From the NCBI RefSeq assembly GCF_009914755.1, contig NC_060930.1: a DNA stretch of 64,000 nt; one strand, given 5' to 3'. Source of the DNA: the human T2T-CHM13v2.0 reference genome, Homo sapiens. Every line of letters begins with the position of its first letter. The first letter of the stretch is position 1. The notes under the pieces are model-generated. The model made no database searches, had not been told where the DNA came from, and saw only the letters and a program-made list of their open reading frames with translations. This document shows, piece after piece, positions 1-17,465 of this stretch. Both the position numbers and the translations under genes were made by a program.

Positions 1-141
1 CTAAAGACCTTAAAAAGCATATGAAAAAACTCATATATCTTATCACAAGGACCACCAAAATTCTATTCCCAAAACAGACCCTCCAATATTTTCACAGTAT
101 AAAAAGTTTCAGAATATGATAGGAAACAGATGAATGCTATT

Positions 142-3014
<2,873 letters not shown>

Positions 3015-5519
3015 TACAGATTAAAGGATGGAACAAACTACAAAAAGACAACTACAAACAAGTGTAGACCACTTAGGTGCTGCTCAAACTTGATGGGATT
3101 TATCTGATTTTAAGACATAATGTACAGAAATAATTATTTATACTTTTTCTTTTATTAATAATATTTTGAATTTCTAAAAAATATATGTAATTAAGGATGC
3201 TGAATATTTACAAGTTAGTTTATTTAAGGATTAGGCTATGAGTTTTTAAAAAGTCTTGTCAAGTAGATAGTTTCTTAGTATAAACTACCAAAAATTATTA
3301 ATAAAGGGATTCCTTTAGATGAGGCCTTTTCTGCTTAGAGAATATGTATGGGGATAAGTTCAGTAGCCAAGTGTTATATATATATATCAACAAAATAATC
3401 CTATCTGATTCTAAAAGATGAAACCTCATAAGATGATGTTCAGATACATTTCTGTACAGATTTAAGATAAAAGAAAAAATTCAAAATGTCCAATTCACTG
3501 AAACGAAAGGCAACAAATTTTAGTTTATCAGATAAGTTTTGGAAATAAGCATTAAATATCATACCTTGATTTTAAAGTGTTATATATTGGCTAGTCTCCA
3601 GAGTCTATTATTTGTGGATTTTGAAATAAAAACTGCATATAATTAAGGATAATATAAATCCTTTCTAATTCATGGAAGTACCTCTCTGGTTAGATTTTTT
3701 TAAAAATCCAAAGCCGCTGGCAACTTGGGCAACATCTTTTGGACAGGGTGCATCTTTCCCAGTGAATGCCTTTCCTTTGGGACATCATTTTCTTTTTTGT
3801 CTAATTTGTTTGTTATACTTCCCTTGTGTGTCTTATATCTAGAAGAAGACTAATTTTAAAGAAAATATAAAGTGTCTATTTTTGATCATCATTACCTAGG
3901 TATGATTTGATAATCATTACCTAGATATACTACCTTGGTAGTTTAAGACTTCCAAACCAGAGTCCTTATAAGTGTAAAATACTGGGAAAAAAGGCAAGAT
4001 CAACCAGAAGTCCTGAAAGGACAGAACAAATAAATATGTAATCCAATATTTTTGCTAAATAAAACTGTATACAAATGTTAACTCCTCATTCTATCCAGTA
4101 ATCCTCCAACTAGCCTATCTATAAAACCACAGTCCTTGTCTAATTATCTTTTTTGTTTTAAAAAAACTAGCTCTTAGATACGGTTGTCTCAGTTGACCTC
4201 CAGTTCTAATCCAGGTCATGTCATCGACCGTAATGATATTGACTGTCTCGTGTCTGGCAACAGTCACAACCCAGATGATGCGGGGAAAGCTATTTTCTTC
4301 CCTCCAGCATTAGTGACGTTCCATGTCACATGTAAAAGAAATGAACGTGGATTCCAGAGATTTTAATCACTGATTTAAAAAATACTAAAATTACAAAAGA
4401 TATGATTTATCTAGCTGGCCAGAACATTCTAGTAAGATCAAAGAAACAACTGAGTTATTGGCTTCCATACTGGTTGGTTCAGTAATAAAAGTGATAAAAA
4501 TTTGTAACTCTCATTCTAGACATCATATTACATATGCATACAGACAATGCATATGGAATACTTATGTGTATGTGCATCTTTACTTGGGCCACACTATCCT
4601 TCTGATCTTACAAAGGGCCTAAATGCCTGTCTTTAAAGTCACTCCTTGAAGTCACATCTCCTAAAAAGACCAGTTAAAGTATAAATGTTGCTGGAATGCT
4701 TTAGGAAATTACTCCATTAACTATCTACTGAACATATGAGTACAGATTAGTTTCCGAATTAGTTAGCTGTCACTTCAAGAATGGAAAAAAGAGTCTGAAA
4801 GAATAAGGCATAAACTGAGAGGAGAGAGAGAAAGCACACATGTTTCCTTAAGGTAGGTTGAGGGAAGGTGCCTGGAGACCTCAGGTAGCCACAGAGGAAC
4901 CAGGCCACTAATAGCAGCAGCATGTGGGGCACGAACCAAAGACAGACTTCACAATCCCACGGGAGCTGCTGCAGTCTTGCCTTTGTTTGTAATAAACCAA
5001 TCCATGATAGAACAGGGCAAACACCTGTATACCATCTGGGTCACTGTGGCTGCCTGCGGCAAAGGCAGAGCATTGCTATTCTCACCTGACTATTGCTACA
5101 GCATGGAAGGCAGAGCATATATACTACAAAAGTGGATGGCAGTAAAGGAGAAAATGCCAGCTAAAGAAAAGTGAGTCTGTGCTCTCTAATACAAGGCATT
5201 CAATCAGGGATGTTTGGGAAAACAAACAGAGAAGCACAATGTCTGTAGCACCCAGAAGGTGACATACAACCTCAAGGTGCTATCACAGATATATCACTAT
5301 TGCTGGTTACACTCATTTTGACTAAAAGACTAACTGCAAACTTTAGAAATAATGACTCTGAGTTTCTAGAGTGTAACTTTTGAGAGTAAATAAAAACATC
5401 AGGTGAAAGTAACTATTAGGAAATAAGTCCATAGGTTGGCCAAAGAGGAAAGGACACATTTCAAGACAGGTAGTATTAAGTTTCCTATAATAATGACCAC
5501 AGTAGCTATTACGTTTATG

Positions 5520-5750
5520 GTAGTACCAGGTACTAACCAAGTACCAAGGGCCTCACATGCACAAATTGTCCTCAAACAACCCTAAGAGGTAGGTTCTATT
5601 AACATCACCAAGCCCGTTTGTTAAATGAGGAAGTAGACTCAGAGAGACGAAGTTAACTGAGGTCACCCAGAGAGCAAGTGGCAGAGTTAGGGTTCAACCA
5701 AGCGGGCTGGCACTGGAGTCCTTAGTCCTAACCCAGGAGCTATGCTATGG
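5520..5750 (-). mobile_element. MIR fragment
   Basis: aaatgaggaagtagactcagagag...gaggtcacccag...gtggcagag resembles the MIR core. Confidence 0.6.
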
Positions 5751-6476
5751 TGCCTCTGCAGACCTTCTGGTATTATGGGCCCTATTAGAAAACAGTGAGA
5801 GGAAGTTAATCTAGAAAGAGGAAAATGAAGGGATTATCCAAAGCATTTATAATGATAACCAGAAACAAAATGGGTAAGTAATTAAACAACCCTCTTCACC
5901 AGCCAAACACAGATTGAACAAAAAGAATTAAGGATAAAGAAGCTATGAAATTGTTTCACTGAAAGTAATAAAGGCACCATCCAACATAAATGACTATTTT
6001 CTATCTTATTGACATTTACCAATAATCCCAGACTGTTGTTTCTGATGACAAAATGCCACCAGTAGTGTCATTATAGTTATAGTGAAAGTCCATATTCATA
6101 ATCTGACGTCCTAGAATGACTTCTGTTTCATGAAAACTTAAGATCTAAATGACAAGTAAATTTAATTGTGGGAATAGCCAATGTTCCATGTCACATAACA
6201 ATGATGAGGTTAACTATGAATTCTATCATCCCAGTTAATCGTTTTCATGTAAGCTCTTCCTTCTCCTTGTACCTTCTCCCCAAAATTCAATCAACTCTCT
6301 CTCTCCATGGGATGTTAAGATTTGCACCTAATGCCTCATTCAGGAAGGAAGCTGGCCCGTTGGGGCACCAAACGGCTATCAGAATGTATCGATTTTATAA
6401 GCACCATGAATGAGGTTAGCGCAGTAAGGCCGAGCAGCAGTGAAGGGCAACAGAATACAGTTCTGATGAGCCATAC

Positions 6477-6608
6477 CTAGCTCCTTCTGTATGTTGTCAG
6501 GGACTCCTGTAATAGTCTTTCTCCTTTTGACTTTCTTCGGTCGTCTTACCAGAGTGTCTGTGTAAATTAGAGACCGCCGAAGGCTGGCCTGGCGATCGAA
6601 ATTCTCCC
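6477..6608 (-). CDS. NHSL1: NHSL1 132-nt symmetric exon, probably a cassette (GENFDRQASLRRSLIYTDTLVRRPKKVKRRKTITGVPDNIQKEL)
   Basis: Acceptor ctctacattag|GG, donor CTAG|gtatgg, phase 1-1. Homologous to the NHS FDREAS...RRRKTISG segment. Confidence 0.92.
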
Positions 6609-7511
6609 CTAATGTAGAGTAGTAGAACAAGCAAAGCAATGTTATTTTCAAGCAAGCTGACACCATGCACTTTCTTCCAGAAGCTTGTTGTAAAATGATA
6701 AGAAGGTATTAATAATGTTAGCCAGTCATATGATGATGAATGCTGAAGGGCAAAAAAGGAAGAAAAGCACATTATCACAGTAAGGCTGTTTTCCAAGTTC
6801 CACCTTCCAAAGGAAGCACCTTGATCTCATTTTCAAATGAGCTGGAGTAGCAAATGCAAGTTTAATAACACACTGGAAGAGTCACTCTGTGTTATTTAAC
6901 AAAACAAAATTTTGGAAGTGTTTCAAATATATCCTCTGGTCACCAAAACCACTCTACATTAGCGTGTAGGTGGTGATGGTAATGAGTATGTTTCATTCAT
7001 CTGGTCATCTTGCAGAGATCGAAATTAATGTCTTGCCTTGTGTGATGAAATAAGTAACTTAATAAAGATTTCTTGAATGAAAAGCTTTTTCTTCAATCAA
7101 GGAGGCTGACAATTTGGATAGACTGTGGTAATTGTTGTGGTGTGACATACAACTATAGTGAAAAATGAAACGCCTTATAATGATAAAGTACTTTTACCAC
7201 AATGAGACCCAGTAGCGCTGCTGTTGTTAAAGATGAATTGCTTCTATTTCACAATTACTTTTTAAAGTTGATCTTAATTCAGACATTTCAAGTGATTTTG
7301 CAATCAAACCTGGAATGCCACATCATAGGACTTCTTTTTTTCCTTCTAGAGTGTAGGTGTGTTTGATTAACACATCATGAGAAACCATAAAATAATAAAG
7401 TATATAACAACATCTGTTATTGATTGATCTGTTTTAAATTACCTGCCAGTTTAAAGTCTTACAGCACTGACCTTTTTGAATGGTTATTCTCCTCAAAAAG
7501 TTATTTTCAAA

Positions 7512-7581
7512 TATACATATATATATACACATATATATACATATATACACACACACATATATATATATACACACACACACA
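7512..7581. repeat. (TA)n/(CA)n microsatellite
   Basis: Seen directly in the sequence. Confidence 0.95.
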
Positions 7582-8040
7582 TTAAAAACTTCTATCATTT
7601 TATGCATAAAAGTATAAAACATTCACTTTTAGCATTATTGACACATATTCAATGTAGGTATATTGTGGACAATGTAACTTCTATTTTGGTAAGAAAAAAT
7701 TGGGAACCTTATCTAATCAAAACAGAGAATAAAACATCTGAATGATCAAAACACATTTCCCCTACTGAGGAACAAACTTAAATAAATGCTTGCAAACTTA
7801 CAAATGCTTACAACCTTGTCGCTAATGGAGAAAAACAGAAATGACTGAGAGAAGACCCTTGAATACCAGAAGGTGCCAATGCTGTGAAAAACTGGGTCGC
7901 TAAGTGCAATGGCATAAATGGCACATGTGAGGGGCAAGTCACAACTGCAGTGCTTCATTAGTTCCCTGCAGCAGAAGAAAAAACTTCCTTGTATCAAGAC
8001 ATTAAGAACAGACAAAACATTAATAGAAAGTTACACTTAG

Positions 8041-8349
8041 GCCAGTGTGGTGGCTCATACCTATAATCCCAGCACATTGGAGAGTTGAGGTGGGTGGATC
8101 ACTTGAACTCAGGCGTTCAAGACCAGTCTAAGCAACATGGTGAAATCCTGTCTCTACCAAAAATACAAAAAAAGGTATCTGGGTGTGGTGGCATGTGCCT
8201 GTAGTCCCACCTACTCAGGAGGCTGAGGTGGAAGGATCGCTTGAGCCTGGGAGGCGGAGGTTGCAGTGAGCCGAGATTGCGCCACTGCATGCCAGCATGG
8301 GCGACAGAGTGAGACCTCCATATCAAAAAATAAAATAAAATAAAATAAA
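8041..8349 (+). mobile_element. Alu (old, J/S)
   Basis: Alu dimer with (AAAAT)n tail. Confidence 0.95.
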
Positions 8350-8687
8350 GTTGCATTTAGTCTCCAGTTTTGCTTCCTAGACAAAAGATAAAATCACCCA
8401 AGCTCCCAGAAAATTAAGAAACAAACCATTTGAGGATGAACACCTAAGACACACGTCATTGAAGGCACCAAATGCTTGATCTTGCATCATGACCTAAAAG
8501 TCTCTTCTACTGGATTATACATTTTTTGAGGGTACAGACTGTGATGCATGTACTTTAGCATCCCCTATGGCACTCAGCTAATGCCTGGCACAAAGCAGTT
8601 ATTCAATAAATATCTGTTGAATTACTCACTGCCTTTAATTGAAAAATGGCATTCATCAGTCATGGTTACTATTTAGAAATAAACTTG

Positions 8688-8778
8688 AAAGTCTGTGGGC
8701 ATACTCTGGCTCTGGAGGCTGCCCAATTCATGAATTGTTCATTGCTCAATTAAACTCTTTTAAATTAAAAAAAAAAAA
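8688..8778 (+). mobile_element. Short retroposed LTR 3' fragment (LTR8-like ERV1) with poly(A) and a 13-bp TSD
   Basis: AGAAATAAACTTG at 8675-8687 and 8779-8791, ATTAAA at 8749-8754, A-run at 8767-8778. Confidence 0.7.
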
Positions 8779-10529
8779 AGAAATAAACTTGGATAGCTCA
8801 AACACCAGCACAAAGCCAGTTTGTAAAAATTATTTAAGTATGTTTATCCTCTACACTTATCTTCCAGATGGAAGAGTTGTTGTCCCACATAGCAGATGAT
8901 AGAAGATATTTATATGTACATATTAAGTATTTTTTCCTCCAGTTTTAGAACATGCCGAGTGCCCACAAGACTATAACTAAAGGGATTAAATCAATTTTCA
9001 AGCCAGCAGCTCATGGTGCTAACATTCTACCTCTATGCATGGTGGGCTGCACTCTGGATTTGAAATCGCCATTTTTTTTTTTTTTTTCCTGCTGAGCCTT
9101 ACTAGGAAAATCAAACTAGAGGCTCAATGCTCACCCCAGCGAACGAGCACATGACAGTTCCCTAGAGGAATTTTCTTTTTTTAATCTCAAATATCTTCTA
9201 GGACTTTAGAAATACATAATTTAAAGAGCAGGAAGCTGTATAACCTATGTCAATTCAACCACTAAAAGTGAAAATTTTAAATTTATTGCTTCTTTATGAC
9301 AGATTAGAAAAACTAATTCTTTAAGAAATATGTGTGTATATGTGAACACACAGATGTAGAAAATGGATCAATAAATATGTGATTAGGTATTATATTTACT
9401 TTTGGCATTTCTGCAAAATGTTAATCACTCGATTAAAAGTAAATTACATTTTGACATAACTCATACTGCTCTTTCTTTATTGTCATTCACCTTTCCTGAG
9501 TAGCATTTTAAAGGCCTCTCTTTAAAGTCTAATTCATCTCTACTTAGTCATCAGATAGGATAGAATTAAAGCTCAGAGACATGACACTGTCTTCTGTTGT
9601 GACGGTGTAATTCATTGCAAATAATTCTTCATTCCTGAAACTCTAATTACTCTATTTTAAATCTCTTAATCTCAAGATAATGCATTTCACCTTAATTCCA
9701 TTAAGGATTGTCATATTTCATTGCACAATCTTCTTATCTTATAATATTATTTCATAGGCACTTAATTATATATAATGTAATTGCATTTCTGCTGCATTTA
9801 ATCAATCAAATAATGTAATTCATTTTCTTATAGAAAATAAGCAGCCTTGTATTTCATTGACCAGTACACATTATACTTTGTTCTAAAACATAGTTATACT
9901 TTTAAAAATAATCTTTAAAAAATATGATCTAGGTAAATAAGAAACATATTCAGAAAGATCAATAACACTGTTTGCTGAGAAAATGGCTTAAAATGCCCTG
10001 CTATTCTTTTAAGATTTAAGTAAAATAAATGTGGAAAAATATATACTGAATTGAAAATAATTCATGCACTTATTTATTAAATTTCTATGGAATTTAAAAT
10101 ATGAGTTCTAAATGTAATTTCTAAATATCTGGTAAGGTTTTAAAAAAAATCTTCGGTGACTATGAAAATGCTATTAGCCCCTTACAAGCTCACCAGTGCC
10201 ATGGCAAAAAGCTTTCTAAAGCTTTCTAACAGCAGTAGCCTCAGAAGCACAGCAAGGATGCTATGGGTTTCCAGAGTAAATGTTCAGGAAAACTCATTCT
10301 TTTTGGTCACCTAGTTTTTTTGTTAGCTTCTGGCCTTAAGGGCCCTGCTTTGTATGACTTGATTATCAGTGACCACTATTAGTCATCTGCTTCCATCAAA
10401 CATACAATTCAATTAATAGTTGAAGCTATTAACTCTTCACATGTCTATTTTGCACTTTGTGCCCTCCCCAAACCACTAACCCATGCTCCTTGTGGGCTAT
10501 GGAGGTGATAAGGCAGGAAAATTTTGATT

Positions 10530-10828
10530 TTTTTATTTTTTTGAGGTGAAGCTTTGCTCCTTTTTGCCCAGGCTGGAGTGCAATGGTGCGATCTCTCGGC
10601 TCACTGCAACCTCTGCCTCCCGGGTTGAAGCAATTCTCCTGCCTCAGACTCCAGAGTAGCTGGGATTACACGCACGTGCCACCACGCCCTGCTAATTTTG
10701 TATTTTTAGTACAGACAGGGTTTCACCACGTTGGCCAGGCTGGTCTCAAACTCCTGACCTCAGGTGATCTGCCCGCCTCAGCCTCCCAAAGTGCTGGGAT
10801 TACAGGTGTGAGCCACCACGCCCAGCCA
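10530..10828 (-). mobile_element. AluS
   Basis: Antisense Alu dimer. Confidence 0.95.
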
Positions 10829-11491
10829 ATTTTGCTATCTTTTTAGCAGCTCTCCTAAGTTCATGAAAGATCATCTTTGAATTTTATGTACCTTGTCACC
10901 TTAATTGTCACAAATGATTACAGGCTGAGTATAATATTCCATAAGAACTTGAATTTCAGGTTTGGCAATTAATATTTGTAGTCTAGCTTAATATAACATA
11001 TTCTGAAAATTTTATATTCAGAAGAAATAAGTAATGTCTCCTTTTTTCTACTTTAGGAAATTTCTAGAAAATCTATCATTAGAAACATCACAAAATAATT
11101 ATTTACTTCTGTAAATATTACTTAACCCTTTAGAAGGGAAATATATACTTTTTCTTCATACCTAGGACCACATTTACAAGATGTTTCCATATAACCAAAG
11201 GCTTACTAAAAAGCAATTTAATTAAAAGAGACACTCTTAAGATGAATGGTTGGACCACTGAGTTCTTTGACACCAGTGTTTGGCGACATAGTCTTCGAAC
11301 CCAACAAGCAGTAGACATTTTATATGCACACACATATGTAGTTTTAATATTCCTCTCATTAAACAAAGAGCATGAAGTTGGACCACAGCTATTCACCTTT
11401 GATGTAGCAATGAAATGCTAACAGCATAAAACAAAAAGCTGTAGTCATTCTCCCAAGTACATTCTGAACCTGTCTGGCTAGCAAAGCGTAC

Positions 11492-11684
11492 CAGTTATGT
11501 TAATAGGCACCACGTCAGCCTGGACTGTTTGGGCTTGCTGTCGCATCTTCTCTTCTGGTGTTGGCAGTGGAAGCGACTTGGTCCAGTTCGTCTGAGTATT
11601 AAGGTCGGAGAAGTCACTTGAGGCTGGTGTTTTAGGTCTCCTGATGGAAATAAATCTTTCTTCTTCTGATGAAGACAGAGAACA
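11492..11684 (-). CDS. NHSL1: NHSL1 internal exon, 193 nt (CSLSSSEEERFISIRRPKTP...TNWTKSLPLPTPEEKMRQQAQTVQADVVPINIT)
   Basis: Acceptor ttttttctctgcag|TGT, donor ACTG|gtacgc, phase 0-1. LPLPTPEEKMRQQA is a conserved NHS-family motif. Confidence 0.95.
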
Positions 11685-11983
11685 CTGCAGAGAAAAAAGA
11701 AGCAGCAGCCACAGTGTATAAAGAGCTGGCAGAAACATTTTAAAATATATTTCTTATTTTTTAAAAAATTGGACTGGTTTAAAAGAAGCCAAAATAATTG
11801 ATCGCTTTTAGGAACAGAAGCAATGGTTTGCTCAGCCTCTTGAGTCTGACCTATAATATGCATGATTCACACCAGCCTTAGTCTGTAAACTGTGAGGACT
11901 GCAAAAGGTTCTGCTGACCCACAAAATCTTTGAAGTCCTTTCTGCTTTCCCTCTATCTACTGTGGTCAGAAAGCTCATGGAAT

Positions 11984-12298
<315 letters not shown>

Positions 12299-13261
12299 TT
12301 AACATTAGAAGCCTAGAGAAAAACATCATGGCTGTGGCCATCAGTTTCCATTTTTATTAAAATTTAGTTTTGCTCAAAGTAATTTCTAGCCTCAATCTTA
12401 TTTCCTTTAGGCTCTGACTTCAAAGGACACTTCAAAAATGATAGAGCTATTGTTGTTCAACTATTTGTGCTCTTCCAAAGCCATTTATATGGGAAAAAAT
12501 CAGTGTGAAATTGTTAACTTATACGGCACTGACTAAAGCTCTGCTCTGAGCCATATCAGAATTCTACGAAAACATTTCTAGCAGTGTCTGTTTTGATACA
12601 GATTAACATCCTCACTGAAGAGCCCTTCTTCAATACCTTTCTTTCCCATAACACCTTAAAAAGTGTAAGCAAGAAAGTTGTGTTGGCGAGCATTTTTTGA
12701 TGGACTTCAGCCTGGCTCCACAGCAGCTGGTTCTGTGACTAAGATGCTCCAAGAAGGCCAAATGAGTGCAGGGTGCTTAGGAACACAACGAAAAAGGGTA
12801 ATCGACTTTCGTGGGGGAAATGACAGCTTATAATATAAAATAAATGTGTAATAACTGCTCTTTAAGTCCGAAGCATTTAAACGGAACTACCAATTATGAA
12901 AATAAAGCTTTTAGAAAGAATTTCACTGGAGAATAAAAAGTCAGTGAACCTTCCCAAAGGGAATACCTGTACAACCAGCACCCAGTTCAATACACCCGCT
13001 ACCCCAACCACATACCCCCAAACGAGGGTAAGTGCTATGCCAACTTCTAATACCACAGCTTTGTTTTGCCTATATTTGAACTTTCTGTAAAGGGAATCGC
13101 ACTGTCTGTTCTCTTTTGTGACCTATTTATTTCACTTAACGTTATGTTTGTGAGGATTTATCTAACTTTACAAGGCATGTTTTAACCTTTCTGGATTTAA
13201 GGCAAGTCTCTAAGAGGACACAGATGAGAAATATAAAGAAATGCATTGATTAGAAATTTTA

Positions 13262-13563
<302 letters not shown>

Positions 13564-13881
13564 TTCAAACACAAGAATACTGTCATCACTGTTTACTGCT
13601 ACTGCATTCATCTTGCTGCAAAAATGTGTATTTATTCTACAACTACTAGAGCTCTATAAATCTGAAAAAGATTAGGCAAGAGCTAATGAAAATAGTTTGC
13701 TGTTGGCGATAGGGCCCTAGACTAAGAATCCAAAGACCTGAGTCTGTTCCTAAACTTTGATGTTTCCTTTGCTGTAAAATGGGGCTATACAGCCTACCTT
13801 TGTGCATCCACAGAGGTGTTCTTAGGACCCAATAAGATGATAAATGTTAAAGTGTCTATGACTGTTAAATATCATGGATAT

Positions 13882-14274
<393 letters not shown>

Positions 14275-15469
14275 CTAACAATAATAAAGGCATGTGGAAA
14301 AGATAAATCATATAATTAGATATCTCAATACATTTACTTGATGTTCTTAATAAATAAAACACATAAAATGATCATCCAGTTTCTTTTCCACCTAAGGAAA
14401 ATGTGAAATAATGTTTTAATTAAATTGACAAATATACTCAATTTATAAACTGAGCATGTTGTTGGTGTCTTGTAATACTAAATTGCACTATATCCATTGA
14501 TACTTGATCTGATTCTGGTTAAAAGGGTTAAAACTCACACAGATCCTTAAAGACAATCAAAGGAATTTTTGGGTCAGCAGCAGCTAAGCCATACTGATGT
14601 AAATCAATTATTTCCAGCTGTTTTGCAGTTGTGACACTTAAGTTTGATTTATAATACATATTCTCTACCCTTGAGATGTGCACACACACACACACACACT
14701 TAAAATTAATGTCACTGAAGAATTTCATGGCAGTTTGTATAAGGGCCACATGTCTGAGTTTGAATTTCAAGCTAGTAAATTAGAGGATTACTCCAATTTC
14801 CTGATACATACACATAAATATAATTTTTCAGGCAACCTTGAATTACAGTATAAAGCTTGAAGGCAGTAAGAAGCAAATCCTAACCAGAAAGGTTTAAAAG
14901 AAAGAAAAGTAAAGCTTTCAGGCTACAGCTCTCTATGCCCTGGAGCAAGGGCTCCCTTTTCCACATGACGTCTGCTGTGGGAGCAGGATGAAGCACTGTC
15001 TACCATTTGTAAGCATCTCAATGGTGCTCATCAGCCCCACTAACCTACTTTTCTTCTAGTTGACTGACACTGTCAGAATCGATAACTCTCATAATGAAAC
15101 AGCACTTCCCCGTAGGGACAATCACCACAGATCACTCCAGCATGACAACTGACAAAGAGAGTCCATTTTGTAAAGTGCTCCTTTCTCTTACAAGAAAATT
15201 TCCCAGACAAGCAGGGCACAGATAAAGTTATATGCAAATGTGACTGTTAGGTCTCACAATCTACTAGATGACAGTAAAACACCAGCATGGATGACTTCCA
15301 CAATGATATGACTTTCATGCCTCCCAGTGTGTATAAACACAGCAGGGGCACAGAAAAACCTCCCTCATTTCAGTGGCAGAACACATGATTAGCCCATTAA
15401 GATGGACATAGTAATACCGGATTATTACACTGGCCTCTTAACTACCCCCACTTTTCTGCCCTTGTTGAC

Positions 15470-16000
15470 CATCCTCCCCTGCTCCTCCTCTTCCAATAGT
15501 CTACTCTCAATACAGCAGGCGAAGGGATCCTTTTAGAAATGTAAGTCAGATCATGTTGCTCCTCTGTTCAAACCCTCCAAAGTCCTTACTATGACCTCCA
15601 AGACCCTACATGATCTACCAGCTGGCCACTGTTATCTCCCTGACTGCATTTCCTACTGTTCTTTCCCATATTTATTCTACTCCAGCCACACCATCCTCCA
15701 TGCTGTACCTTGTACCTTCCATGCACACTCGCGCCTCAGGGCCTTTGCACTTGCTGTTCCCATGGCCTGAAATGCTCCTCCCGTAGACATCCACACAGGT
15801 AGCCCCTTCTTTTTCTTTAGGTCCCCTTAAGAGTCCTCTTTTGTTGAGGTCTTAACTGTTCATCCTATTCAATTTCAACCTCTTTCTAATATTTTGTATC
15901 CCCTTTCCCTGCTTTTTTTCTCTTTAGTACATATAACTAGTACACATATATTTTATTTATATATATTGTCTCTCCGACAAGAATATAAGTTCCATGAAGC
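15470..16000 (+). mobile_element. L2 3' fragment
   Basis: gtcagatcatgttgctcctctgttcaaaccctcc ... cctcagggcctttgcacttgctgttccc are L2 motifs. Confidence 0.75.
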
Positions 16001-17465
16001 TTTGAATCAGAATTGCATAGAAGGTTATTTCAGAATTTGAGCTTCAGAAGGGCCACGATTTAGTAACTGATAGCTATATGCCTTGCCCTTGGTGGGGACT
16101 TTATAGAACTTATCTCACTTAATCTTCACAGTGTTTGCCTTGTTTAATAATAAGGAAGTGGAGACTCAAAGGAGTAAAGTAACTTGACTTTTGGAAAGTT
16201 CACAAGTGGGCAGTTGAGATTAGAAGCCAGAACTGACCCCAAAGTCTCCCCTGTGAAACAGTGTAAAATAACAATGTGGCAATATTTACAATAAATTACT
16301 AGGTCTTCTGGTCTCAAAACAAAATCTCCCTTTATGTCTGTAAATAAGAATGAAACCTTTTGAAAAGCTATACAAGTAAAAAAACAGTGTGTACCAGCAT
16401 CCTGGCACTGTCACTTACTAGGTGTATGTTTTGATCAACTCAATCTCCCCATACAGAGAACAGAATGACCCAAGTAGCATTCAAATGCTTCATGTTAATG
16501 AAATCCCTCAATATAGGGTGACTTTTTTAAAAACTGAGTTTAAAATTGCCTTGCTCTCAGAACTTAAATGCAGTTTTGGGATCTGTCAGTTGGTCAATAA
16601 TGTTCACCAATACCCCATATCCTGGTCCTGGGAGGAATGGAGAGTCACAAATGAAACATAAGCCATGATTCCTTGTGTCAAATTGTTTCATTTAGAAAGG
16701 GAGAGAAACAGGCAACACTGACAGTTACTTTGTAAATTTTGGATGCTGGAAGACCTGCATTTTAGAGACTTCTAGGTTCTACCCGGAAATCAGACAAGCT
16801 CTCACCAGATGGACAGTGTGGGGCCTGAAATAGGGTCTCTTTCCCATATATTCTCATACGAAATATGCTCTCTTTCTCAGAAGAGCCAACTGATCCAAAA
16901 GTGGGATTAACTAAGAAACACAGATTAATTCAGTCTTTTTTGTTTTGATTTGTTAGTAAAAGTTAGAAAACTGAATTATAGCCAGAGCTAAACTTAGTAT
17001 TCATTTAGAATTATTACATGAAAATAGAGAACAGATGAAACTATATAGAACATATCAACTATACAGAACTATATAGTTGATGTCTTTAAGAAGACAGCCA
17101 CATACATTCCAGTCCTTTTTGGAAGACACTTAGTCTTTGATGCTCTTCCTCCCAGAATTAAACCTCTTGTGTTGACTCTTGGTTTTCAAGATCCTTAATA
17201 GTTTCATAGGGTGCCAAAACGTCTGCAGCCTTTTGGCTATATGTTTCTTCTGTCTTTAGTAGATTTAGACACAAGAGACCCTCACTGATTTCTGTTCTCT
17301 GTGCATTCTTTTTTTTTTTCTCCTGGCGCCAACAACAACAGAAAAAGTGGGGGTAGTGGAAATGAATCCATGTAGAAGCACAGTTCATGGTTCATCCAGC
17401 AACTCCATGATGGCCAACAGGTGACTTCCACATCCATATTATTAAGTAACTTTAATTGTTCATTC

